In this document: one piece after another, positions 12,471-25,000 of the stretch
Layout: each line of letters starts with the position of its first letter
How positions within the stretch are numbered: the stretch's first letter is position 1
From: Lingula anatina
Taxonomy: Eukaryota > Animalia > Brachiopoda
Direction of reading: 5' to 3'
Assembly (NCBI GenBank): GCA_051362555.1
Contig: CM120643.1
Location: 14,730,644 to 14,794,643 of the forward strand
DNA length: 64,000 nt
Notes under the pieces: generated by a model
What the model saw: the letters and a program-made list of their open reading frames with translations, nothing else
Databases searched by the model: none
What the model was told of the DNA's origin: nothing
Translations under genes and position numbers: made by a program

Positions 12471-14758
12471 TAATAGAATACACTTGGTGTCAACCACAGT
12501 CACGTTTTTCAAAATTATTCTCCTTCAGGTTCAACTTCATCTACAACTAGACTACAGAGTGGTTGACACAGAAACTTTTACTCCAGGGATCAAAAGAGAA
12601 ACATTGAACATTAGAGCGCCTAATTTCAGTGGAAAAACGAAAGTGAAGGTGATATTGGAAGGGACCACGTGAAAATGTTACGGCAACTGGCATGTTTCTA
12701 AATGAAAGGCAATGCTAATTATTGTAGCAAAACTGTGCAAAACGGATTGGAGGAGCCCAGAATATGTGGACGTATTTGTATTGAGTCCGATTTACACAAG
12801 TATATTACTGTTGTGGTGTAAGACTCGATGATATAGAACGGATCCCCGTCATTACTTGTTGTTGAAAAGAAGGAATGTATTGGAATGGTGATTGACGTAA
12901 TTTGCCTTTTTTTTCGACATCACCTCATACGCGTAGGACTTCAAAAGACAACAGAGATAATTCATCACCAGTCGACTGGCGTTTGATGACGACAGTTAAT
13001 TGCGAAAAGTCTAAAAATGCAGTATTCTTTTAATTTGATGCTGGGTTTAAGAATTGCGAATAGCATAGTTAGTTGCTCTGCGTACTTTCATGGCCATTTT
13101 AGGAGGAAAAAAAGATACGAATTTTGAATAAAATGGGTCTTGTTGCTGCATTTCCCTTCAGTTTTGATGGCGAGTTTATACAACAAGATATATACGATTA
13201 GTTTGGTTTGTGTACTCCCACGGGTAAATTATGAAGAGAAAGAGGAGCTTTTTAAACGGCTCGCTTTCTTTGATTTAATTGCAGGTTCACAGAGTACGAT
13301 TCCTACAAGTAGCCGCAGTGCGTAATGAGGTTGTAGTAGTAGCACGTCAGATAAGCAGAATAAACATTGAAATGCCTCCAAGATTGATTGCCAGAGTATA
13401 TATACCGGTTAACCGGTGGCCTTAGATCGCCTCGTTAGTTCAGTCATGTAGTGGGATCGAAGTCGAGAAATCGTTTTTAGGTGAAACAACAAAGAAAAAG
13501 GTACAAGTACGAATAATTCTTTATCTGTATCGAATATTGACAGTTGTAGTTTTTTTTAACAAAAACGTTGTATCAAGTAGAAGTGAGTTCGCTTTATTAC
13601 AAAAGAAACAATTTATAAGAGACAGAAAAGGACTTGCAGGTTAAGATTGTAGCTGGTAATAAACAAGGCATTACTCTAATTCAAGAATGTTGACAGACAT
13701 CAGGATAAACGTTTGCCTGATTACACGTACTACACATACTGGTTTCATCTCTGAGGAAATAAACGAGTTCTTTTATAGTTCACCGCTTTTTTACCCACCG
13801 AGTAATTATCATTACGCGAATCCTTTTGAATGCAAGCCACTCCGAAGAAAAAAACGGTCTACTTTTAGAACCCTTTGTTGTTGGGAGAAAATAGCAGCTA
13901 AGACGTCAAGACCGTCTTTTAAAAAAGGGCGCTCGGATTTGCCGCCTCAACAAGTTGCTCGTCGTGCGGAAAGACAGCAAAATTAATTTGGGCTCAGTGT
14001 TTGGGTTAGGATGGTAATGATAGAAATTCCAATCACGGTGCAAAAACAATGAATGGATTGCATTTAGTGTACAAATATTGTAAGTGTAGCAAGAGTAAAT
14101 TACCAGAAATAAGATGCTGACATGGTGAGAATATTGACTACATTAGGATAAAAAAAAATCTACTTTCAGGGAACAAAGGTTATTAACTGGCAGGTCTAAT
14201 TTTCAGTTGCGCTGCGTATTTATAATCGCAGGAAACGTCCGCTGACAAAGGGAATCTCGAGGCTTAACAGTGCTTTTGCATTAAAATTTATTGATAAAAT
14301 CTTGCAAACGATGCAGCGTGAATGGCGGGAAATGAAATGTTGCAGACGACATGAAAATCGTGCGGCGTTGCGGGAAATGAGTGTGCAGACGATCACTGAT
14401 ATTTTGGTGGAAGGGAAATTACTTCATCTCCGTCGGCGCATATATTAGGTTAAATGCAATTAAAAGTTTAAATTATTTGTATTTTCAGAGGCAGGTGCTC
14501 GTAAATTCGTGTAATTAGATGATGCGATAGTTCTTGGGACAGAATAAGATAAACAAATTTTCATTTTAAAATGTTCGAGTAAACCCTAAGTTTGTCAAAG
14601 TCAGCGCTTGAGGAACTTTGTAACAATAAATGATAAGACTCCAAAGAAATAATAATAATAATAATAATTTTATTGAGCTATAAATGGTATGAGGATACAT
14701 TTGCAGGCTCACTAGACTACAGTATTTACACAATATATAAGAATATACATTTATTTTA

Positions 14759-14887
14759 CCCTCTACCAGGATGACAGATATTATAGGGAAATATTGAAAA
14801 AGGCAGAGAATGAAATGACTGTCTTTTTATCTAAAGACCTATCTGTGAATATCTTGTGGAAAATTAATCTGTCGCCCTGGTAGAGGG
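14759..14887. mobile_element. Short piggyBac-like MITE
   Basis: TIRs CCCTCTACCAGGATGACAGAT / ATCTGTCGCCCTGGTAGAGGG (2 mismatches); CCC...GGG termini with degenerate TTAA-like flanks (TTTA / TTCA). Confidence 0.55.
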
Positions 14888-17262
14888 TTCATTCCTATAT
14901 CTATATGTATATGTCTATACAGTGCTAAGTTACACATGTAATAACGCATGTTATCTTTACACGTGAATGACAAACTATTTCACCACATTATCTACTATTA
15001 GTGGCTGTGATGTACTAAATGACAGGCGAACTATGTATTCTCACAGCAATCTTTACAAAATCTACTATGAGACTTTTTTCACAGTAATGGTCAGAAAGTT
15101 TCGTTAACACCACGCGCGCTTTTACGACCGACGAGATCTCAACGTTTTCTTTTCTTAATAAACCAGCTTCGTTTATGTTACAAGTTCAGCGAATGTCATT
15201 CTCACTTTGTTGTCTCCTCGCGCGACTTGTCTGAATTAAGCTTCTTCTTAAACCAGCAGATGTTGAACTTCTCTGGACCATCGGTTTTCATCTACTACAA
15301 TAACTCACAGCGCCCCTCTTTTAGTGCTAGGGAGAATTGTGCTTCTACCTGCTTGGGGAGGAGGGTCAATATTGAATACCCTTTAATTTTCTTGTGTGTA
15401 TTTACAACGGGGGGATAATATTCCGTGCGCGCGTGCCAGCTGTCGTCTCTTTGTTCTCCACGCCTATGTGACCGCGCAGTTTATTGTTTTTTATTAAATC
15501 ATCGATCCATTAATAGCAAAATCTTTTCATTTCATTAAATTTTCATCGCACTCGAAAATAACGAGTGTTTGCAGACGATTTAGTTTGTGATATTTCTTTC
15601 AAGTACCCCTCTACACACATGTTGCGTTTCTTTCGGTAACCGGGCGACGAAGCCCCCGGTTGGCGCTGTTCTCCGTTTCGTTGGCATTCCGTGCATTGTG
15701 AACGTTGTTATTTTACGGCTGGAGATTTATTGCTGAATGATTTGGGAAAGTAAAGCTGGGGACTGAATGGAACAACAGGTGAGAACGGGATAGGTTACCT
15801 GGCCGCGAAATAGAGAATTGACAATAAAGAAGAATGAGTGACTGGACTATTATTAGCAGACAGCGCGCTTCAGTTTTAATTGCTTTTTTCATAACCTGGC
15901 ACGCGCGCGTGGCGGGATTGTTGTAATTTGAATTTCGTTGCGTGTGAATACTTTTTTTTTTTTTTTTTTTGAGGCATTATATTATGGATTCTAAGTCAAT
16001 TTGAATTTTTTAAAATTTAATTTCGTGGAGATTCGTGAAATTTTAAGTAGGTCATCTAGAAACCGAGATTCACTGTTTCCAATTATTATTTGCATATCTT
16101 TTAATATCGGTTTAAAACGTATTTTGTTTTTACTGTGCAGTAAAAGGAATATTTTCCATATTTATCTATTTTAAAAATAGAATAAAATGTCATTTTTCTT
16201 TTTTTATGAGTGATTTGAAACTAAAACTCCTTGAAGATCACTGAAATGCTTATCAATCTGCGATTTAAATGTTTTTCTGTACAGGGATTTAGAACACCAA
16301 ATTGTGTAACTAAAAACAAAGAAAAAATCTGATATGACCCAACTCATGTTAATGTCGAACAATCTTGCATAATGCTTATCTCCTTCAGCTCGGTCTTGAC
16401 TTCTTTTCACACCCATAAAAATAAATCGAAGAGAGTAAAAATCGACTCAGTGATGCATTTTTTAACTAAATAATCTTATTTATTTAATACCCGCTACTCA
16501 ATTTACCTCTAATACTTTCCCACACCTGTAAAATAATGGCCCGCCCGTTCTCCCAACTTATGTGCAAAGTACACACAAACGCGTTATTCCCGTTGATTTT
16601 AATGTTTTTATAATCTCTGCAAGTGTACATAAATATGCGAAAGGGCGAGTAAAGGTAAATATTTTCTTTTGTTTGCAAATTTATTGATGGTCAGTAGCAC
16701 AATACGCGACACGTGTCGCGCGTGCTAGCTGTCAACTGACCAGTGTGATACGACGGACAAAGACGACGGATTCAATTATATCGGTCTGTTTACTGGCGTG
16801 TGTTATGTACAGCATTATCTCGTATTGCCTTACGCGTGTGTTTTAATAACAACCCCATTAACCAACAAAATGCATTAATTGTCGCATTTAAAAGGGAAAC
16901 GGCGTTTTCGTCTTTTGTCTACCAACCCTCTGCGATCATATCTTTGTTCTTTGTTGTGACCACTCTCCCCAGATTGAGTTTCGAATTGATTGGTTGGAAG
17001 GCGTTTCTGTTTCATAAATTCAGTGTTTGCCGAGTCGTAATTTCAAATACTAAACAATTCTCTATCTTGTAATATTTTAGGCTCGACAAGGGCCTTTGTT
17101 TTTCTAAGTTCCTCGATTACGTTTTACAAATGGCCTCTTTGTGTGAATTTTCAATCTATTTATTTCTACAACTTTACACGAGGAAATACGTAAATTCGAA
17201 GCTCATCACAATATGTAACAAACTATCACAATATAATAATCGTGCACTGTCGTATATAAGTG

Positions 17263-17265
<3 letters not shown>

Positions 17266-17316
<51 letters not shown>
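17266..17316. repeat. Poly(A) tract of about 50 nt
   Basis: Read directly from sequence. Confidence 0.9.
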
Positions 17317-17317
<1 letters not shown>

Positions 17318-18794
17318 GAGTGTTAAAATTGCAGAAAACACACTTAAAGTTGCAAACATGGCAAACCCCTGTCTGGCTGTTAGTAAGCCACGCCTACAAT
17401 AATGGGCCCTTTCTCTGGATAACATAACATCACTTGCAAATCGATACGACCTTAAAGAGTGGTAAGCTATACGCTTGAATGGGCCACGCGCCACTTCTGC
17501 ATCCTTATGGTTATGAGCCATTGGTCTATTGTTGTTGAAATATTAGGGAGTATTAGTATCGAGCACTCTTTGTCCTAGCGGCATTTGGTTGGGGCAGGCG
17601 GGAGTGAGAGGTGGACCAGGTAGCACTGACAGGACAACGGCAAATGATATTAGCGCTGTGCAGTGTAAGGGGCGCTTAGTTTTTGTACAGTTCAGAAATA
17701 TATCAGTCTTACGCTTTCGGATTTGATTTTTTTTCACTGCATGATCGGTGCTAACTGAACTGCTTTAAAAAACTTAATTCTCAGATGCCATTATTATGTT
17801 TCATAATATGAGACAAAATTGCTAGAAAAAAAAGGATTGCCTCCTTAGGATCTTAAGTTAGGAATTTTTTTCATAGACTGGTCAATTTAAGCTATAAGTA
17901 ATCTAGTACTGTACTTGTGAATGATAGGTCCGTACTAACTGTTCTCTCCCGAAAGATTTGACCTGATGCATGGTTATTGACGTGAATACTGACAGAAAAA
18001 TCAGCTCCCATAGTTCTTTTACAACGCAAGACGTCCCATAGTACTACGATTAATACAACGCCTTTGCCGACGCCGTCTACAAAAGCTACTTCATCCCATA
18101 CCAAACATACTAGCAACTGGGCTCTGAACATCAGGCACGGATACTTAAGGCAAACTTCAGAGTCCCTGGGGGGACAGACGCAGTGATTAACGCAACAAAG
18201 ACAAAGCCTGGGACAAAAAGACAACAGTTGGTCACCGAGAGAACCCCGGGGTGCTGCACAATTAGTGGCAAATCATCCATTGATTGGATTTCTGCGCGAG
18301 CTTGTTGAATCCCATTTTCCACTGAAATCCTCCAAGGGCATAAGACATTGTATGAGATAGAAATTGTGGATAATCCATTTATTGGTGCCATCTGACTGCA
18401 TTTGATCCGATAAGATTATAAATAGAGCCAAACACGTCGCAGCTCCGCATTTCTATGGTTAGCTTTGGGCTTTGGCAGACGATCAAATTCACTTGGCTTG
18501 TACGCATGCGTTGAACTGGAAAGGCAAGACGCACGCTTCATAGATTTTTTTCCTTGAATAACGTGACTCCTAGAATGAGACTTAGTAAACAGGTTATTTT
18601 AAAAAAGGTGCTGCTAATTCTGTGAGTCAGCGTTTAGCCGGAGACGCTATTCATCACTTTGCGGATTGTTTGCACTGCGTGACGCACTGTTCCTCCCTGG
18701 AGTCTTGCCGTGGTTTCATTACCGAGAAGAAAACTGATTAATATTTAAATGAACGCTGGCCGGTGCTGTATCATACAAGTGCGTGGATACCGCA

Positions 18795-18800
18795 TATAAA
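18795..18800 (+). promoter_or_regulatory. Candidate TATA box of scratch
   Basis: CGCATATAAAGATC about 255 bp upstream of the SNAG-domain ATG, in a CpG-rich region. The TSS is not verified. Confidence 0.5.
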
Positions 18801-19053
18801 GATCAAGTGTGCATGTTTTCTGGAGCCTGGGAGCAACTCTAGGGATTAAGAGTCACCAGGATTCCACGATTTCAAGGGAACGTTTTGGAAGGAGGACAGT
18901 GGCATTACCAACGCTGAACCAAATGGTACAGTATACCAACATCTTCGCCTCCGTTTAAAATCAGCAGTGCCTTCCATTTCTCAAACACATATACACGTAT
19001 ATTCTACCGAGCAACATCATCATCGACATTACCATCCAACAAGTGCCATTAAA

Positions 19054-22000
19054 ATGCCGCGGTCATTTCTGGTGAAGAAACACTCCAAGTTTACGGAATA
19101 CGACATCTGCCGTCCTGCCTACCTGGGCGTCCACGAAGCCAGAGGAGCGGACAGTCCGATGCCGGCTTACTCCATTGATGCGGCCATCACGCCGATATTG
19201 ACGCCATACACTCCATTTGCCCATCAGCCTCTGACGGTCCGAGTGACGAACGGTAAGGAATTACGTTAACATTGCTCTTAGTCTATCTTTCAGAACCATC
19301 TCTATTTCAGTTTCTTGTATTATGGCGGCGCCGTACACTGCAGTATCTATGTTAGGCAGTTCTGTTATCAAATACCCGGCGTACTTAACTTTGTAGCATT
19401 TCCAAGTTAATGTGCAGATTGCATACATAATGGTCTTCAAAGGCCAAGTAAAAGGCGTTTGTTGAAAGACGCATCTCAAATTTTCATTTTAGTAAAATGT
19501 TGTCAAAAGCCTTAATTGCTGAGATAATTAGGGTTATTTTAAAATGAACAATATATATATTTCTGTTAGTCACATAACCAATCGTCAATGCATTCCACTC
19601 TTAACTTACTTTATAGAGATTTCAGTAAGTATGCATGTAGTAAGTTCTTATGCGTAGAAATGTCTAATGAATATTTTGTTTTAAATCGCCTGGGAGATGA
19701 TAATAGCATCCAGAGCACATGTATAGGTTGCCAAACATCCCCATAAATCCATTCTTTATATCCAGTGACCAAAAATCCATCTAAAACAATGGATCTGTCA
19801 ATATCTAAGTTCTCAAAAAGAGAAGAAACAACATAGATTATAACAAACAGTTGATTTACACATGGAAAGAAAGCAGATCGACGGTGAAAATGTGTTAAAA
19901 TTGGAAATAAAGTGGTTTTGCATTCACTTTTATGACTTTCCACAGATAATTCGGTTTCTAAGTTTCCAGAAAGATGATTATAAAACTGCCCAGTGCATTA
20001 ATTACTAAACGCGCGATAAGAATGTTTGCCATTCATTCAGCCAGTAAACAGTTCACTGCGAAAGTAACAGGTGGGTGATTGCTGTTTTGGGTCGATTTAT
20101 GCAAACGCGTTTAAGGAAGCTTAGACAATTGATCGAATATTTCTAAAGCCCCCCAATCCATCTGCTCGCCAAATGTGGTCCGCCATCCACTATGAAATAA
20201 GATTAAGTGAAATATGACGTGGATACTTCATGTGCTGATGTACTGTCAGTCGATATGAATTAGTTGCACTTGATTAGTGACAAACGTCAAATGAAATAAA
20301 TTAGCTTTATTTGACACATTTTGAGTAATTTGAAGTTACATTAGTTATATTATATAGCGACATTTCAAAGACCTTTTCTATTAAACAGCTGACTGTCTCG
20401 TATCAATGACAAAATATTACATTAATATAATTGTGTACGTTGTATGTAAAAATTGACGGAAGTAGTTACTTTTTATAATGCACGATTACCTTTCAGTAGC
20501 CTATTGCTACGAACACGTGCTCCTACAATATGTAGAAACCATTTTGTCTGCAGTTGCATTTTTTATCTAATACAGAAATAATGGATATAAAAAAGATCTA
20601 AATTTTTTATCGCCGACTTTGCTGATGTGACATTCATATGGCAAAAGCACCCTAAATCCTTATTGTCTGGCTTCTAAATCGCCCGCAAGCCTACTTAGGG
20701 GTAAATGACACGTTTGATAATAGATGCAAGATTTTTTTGTCTGAATCCTCGTTGACGTATCTAAAGCATTTGTTTAGAAGCAACCCATCCTTTTCCAGCG
20801 AAGTCGGAAATCACATTCTGCGTTGGCTCGCTACAGGAGAATATAAAAAATTAGGCATTGATTTTGTTTGTACATTAGGCTAAAACTCCTAACGCAAGTA
20901 GGTCAATAGTAAGTCGCTAATCTCCTCCTGTCTAATGGTTGTGTAGGCAGGGCTTATACACATTACATCCACTCAATTAATTCTATTTGGAGCGAATCTG
21001 TAAAGGAGTTTTGAAAAAATCCATCTAAAACAATGGGTAGCGCCCTGTTTTGCAAATAATTTTTTAGGTTTAGTTTTTGGATAACATTTTAACATTTCGT
21101 TGTTTAAAATGGTTTATTTCCTTTGAGCCGTAGGTAAGATTTGCCGGTGCTTTATATTGGGAATTATTGCAAACTTTTAATGATGTTGAAAATTCGTACG
21201 TTTTTAGTACATTAGAAACGCAACATGGTAATGTAAAGCAAAATCTGGTAGAGGAGAAAACACCGCCAAAACTTTGAATATTATATCAAAATTTTATGAT
21301 AAAAATAATCACGATTTGTTTTAAGATCCGGATGACTCACTTAATTGTTAAAGGTTATAGATATTTTATGGTATGAAAAAAATATTTTATGTTCCGCAAC
21401 CCTGCGTGAATTGATATGACGAATGCCTCTGCTGACGGTCCTAGAAATTAATTGTTTTCCCTGAGGGTTTATCCGAGACAAATATAGCTTATGGCACGTA
21501 GTGCAGAAATGTTAACCGCGTCAGTCAAATGAATATAACACTAACTAAGATCGCATTCAGAAAAAGTTGATCTGCTGACTAACAGATCTGCGGACTAAAT
21601 ATGGCCGATCCACATAACAGCTATGCTGCTAATTCCCCGTTGGTCTCCCCGCCTCCACACGCGCTGTCGCTGCAAGAGACTACCAATTAAAACTCTGAGC
21701 GGAGATTTAATCCGTTTAATGGCGCGTGTGGAAGCGGGGATTAAGGAGGCTTGCTTTTCAGGTTGTCCATATTTAGTCGGCGGATCAGTTAGTCCGCGGA
21801 CCATCTGTTCTGAATGCACTCTAACACCCCATTTCCATAGATTAGATCGACCTACTTTAGATCGACCTAACTCCCTGGGGGTTCACGTTAAATAGCTGTC
21901 AGCCGGGCGGACACGAAAGTTAATTACCTCCTTACAGCTTGTAGTAGGCGGGATGGACATTTAATCTGAAAGTCATCTAGTGAGACTCCCCGGTAGATCG

Positions 22001-25000
22001 ATCTAAATCTATGGGAATAGAGCCTAAAAGGCGTGCTTGTTTATCACTGTACGCTCCCAGCACTATTCCCATAACTGGGTAAAAGTAAGACCCAGGGTGG
22101 GTGTACCCTCTGAGATGTAGGACAGGTGGGTGGGTTCTAGTGTAAAAGGACATATCAATGATACAATGATATGCTCTGTTGACTGGCGACACAATAAGCT
22201 GTTGGGCCAAAATATAGATCCCCAACTAGAAATGATTTTAACAGTGTGAGATATTTTGCAATCTGAGCTATCAGATTCGTGAATGAAAGAAGCAACTTTT
22301 TTAATTTATCTATTTCAATATGCTGCGTTGTGTTGATAACGAACGATAACAATAGATTTCAGTTCGCTTCAGTACAAGGCAGCAAATGAACACGCATAAG
22401 AGAATAAAAAAGTGTGCATAATATGAATGAGAATCTCACAGGGAAGCCTTATCTCAGTATATTTTTTTCACAATAATTGGACACTAAAATTCATTAGCCT
22501 TAGTCATAATTTCACGTGGCACACTTCTAAGTCCTCAAAGAGTCCTTGTCGCAACGCAGACACGTGCCGCTGTGACAAATTGCAGTGCGTACCTGTCCCT
22601 TAGTAGTGCACGCGCCATGAGACAGCGAATGAGACAAAGCCTGAAACCCTTGTGCCAGGCAAAACAATGTGCAATAATAAATTAATGAATCCTTATGCCT
22701 ACCTTAATTTGATTGATCGACCACTTGTTGATGCGGCTTTCAGAAGCTGCGTGGTGTGTTGCCTACCTGTTCATTATGCCTCAAGATCAATTCACACAAG
22801 CCAAAGAAATGACCCGTGTTCGAAGACGTCTTACTTATGAATAAGTATTGAGATGTAAGACGACTAGCAACCCGAGTTCGTAGACTTCTTAGTTGTGAAT
22901 AATTTCTCAGACGGTATCGTACATGTATATTTAGGTAAAATAACTAATAGTCAGCAGAGTATATTGTTACAAACGGAGCTTTAATTCTTTCCTTTACTGT
23001 GTTAGGTGTTTAGGTAATGACAAAACCGTAATAATATGACCAATTTGCACAAACAGGAGGGAAATGAATACGTAGATATGTGAACATAAAATGAATAAAG
23101 TATATGTTGATTTAATTAATTTTTTTAAAAAATTTCAAACCGTGTAGAGTAATTTGAGCCTGCATAAGTATGACCGAATCAACTTGATGTGAACATATCC
23201 AAAAACATATAAACCTAAAGAAATCAGAGGGCCACAGGTTGTTCTTGGTCAGTAAAATTGTGTTTTTGATAATGACTAAGTTTTGGATCTTGTCTACCCT
23301 AAGATAAAATGTGGTATGAAAGCGTATTAAGAGAAACCAAAATGGCCGTTTGAATCACCATGAATTTTTCACTGCGTCCTCGTCGCAAAACAGCGCTATA
23401 CGACAACTCTGTGAAAAATGCTATTTAAAAATCTATAAAGATTTGAGATTTACGTTTTAGACACTTTAAATAAGTAATTATTCTTCCTTCGAAAAACGGT
23501 TTTTGTTTGTGTGTGAGCCGTAGCGTATTATAATTATTGCTTGTTACATACGACTTTGACGGACGTCAGCTCACTAAATAGAAACGCATATAATGGACTT
23601 AATAGAAATGCATATATTTACAGAATATAGTCATTTTTTGATGAAGTTTGCATTTTTACAAAATTCTAGTTCGACATCACGTCATAAAAGCGCGCCATAT
23701 CCCTACGCTCTAACGATATATGTCTTATTGCACAGAAAATTGGCAGCTGTTCAGATATCTTTGATTCAATACGATCGTCTTTTCTCACGTGATCAATGGA
23801 TGGAGTTTCCGCAGTCGTTATTTTCCACTGCTGATCGGTGTGTGCGTTCGCATTTTAGATCGAACATGCACCGCTCCAAGCAGGAAAGTGTGAATGCAGC
23901 ATAAGAGGATTGTTGTTATAATTGCTTGCGTTTCCACTGCGTCATTAATGCAATAGGTCGCTCAGGCAACAATTGCTGTACAGCACGCACAACTTTTAAG
24001 TTTTTATAATTAGTCTAGACAATCCATTACCACACGACTGCTACAGCGAACAAACACTGAAGTTTATTTGCGTGCATGCTGCTACTTATTTGATGCCATT
24101 TCACAAGTAGCAGATGTAGAATCGAGAAGTTGTCATATTTCCTAGAATTAAGTTGGTGTTATATTCATTACTTTGTCCTTAATTTCATCAATTAACTTTA
24201 CATCTTTGGATTGAAATTTCGTCTTTGAGTCCGACCAATATTAAATTTTCTTTGCACGATTAAATTATGTACGGAAAGACTTATCTTTACCATATATTTC
24301 GCCTAAAACGAGGTTATCGTAAAAGGTTTACGTTTTGTATAACATTTATATATTTCTCATCAGGGATTACCTTTTATATGCCCACTTTGCACAGCACAGA
24401 TAAAACTACATGTGTATATGTGGGTTACATTGTGAAAAATCAAAACACAACTCAAAACTCTTTAACTAATTTATAGTTTTGAAACCCATGGCAAATATTA
24501 TTGCTCTTACTGAAACGAAGTGCACTTTAATCAGTATGTACGGTTTATTGTAGTATCGTCCTCTGACAATGCATTCTTTTTAGACAGCACGCAGCGGGAT
24601 GCCATTTAGAATAATTTGCATTGTATCCGCCATTGTGGTGTCTGTAGTGCGATGATGAATACAAATCCTGAGTATCAAATAACCAATAACTCGATTACAA
24701 TAACACTTTCGCAATCTCATGGTTTACCCAACAAGACGCCAACATAATTGTCTTATTTCGTCCACCAATCAACGTCTCATAAAATCAGGCTTATTATACT
24801 TAGGCTTATAGCTCATAGTTAGTATTTCCCGAAAAAATGAGCATGATGCGGATATTGTTCGTTGGAGAAGAATGATCGAGTTGAATAGAGATATGAATTT
24901 ATGATGCCAGTAATTTAGCTGTGCTTCACATCTAACAGGTGTTTGCACAACCGCAAAACTGGGACTTCTGTGGCCGTTACGATATCAATGAACTGAAATT

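Noticed and set aside
17130-17521. Poly-Lys and poly-Phe ORFs
   Set aside because: Artefacts of the poly(A) tract.
17620-17642. RE1/REST-like site upstream of scratch (AGCACTGACAGGACAACGGC)
   Set aside because: Wrong half-site spacing and several mismatches to TTCAGCACCACGGACAGCGCC.
18967-19053. GTG-initiated N-terminal extension of scratch in the ORF track
   Set aside because: The SNAG domain must be at the extreme N-terminus, and ATG 19054 has strong AAAATG context.
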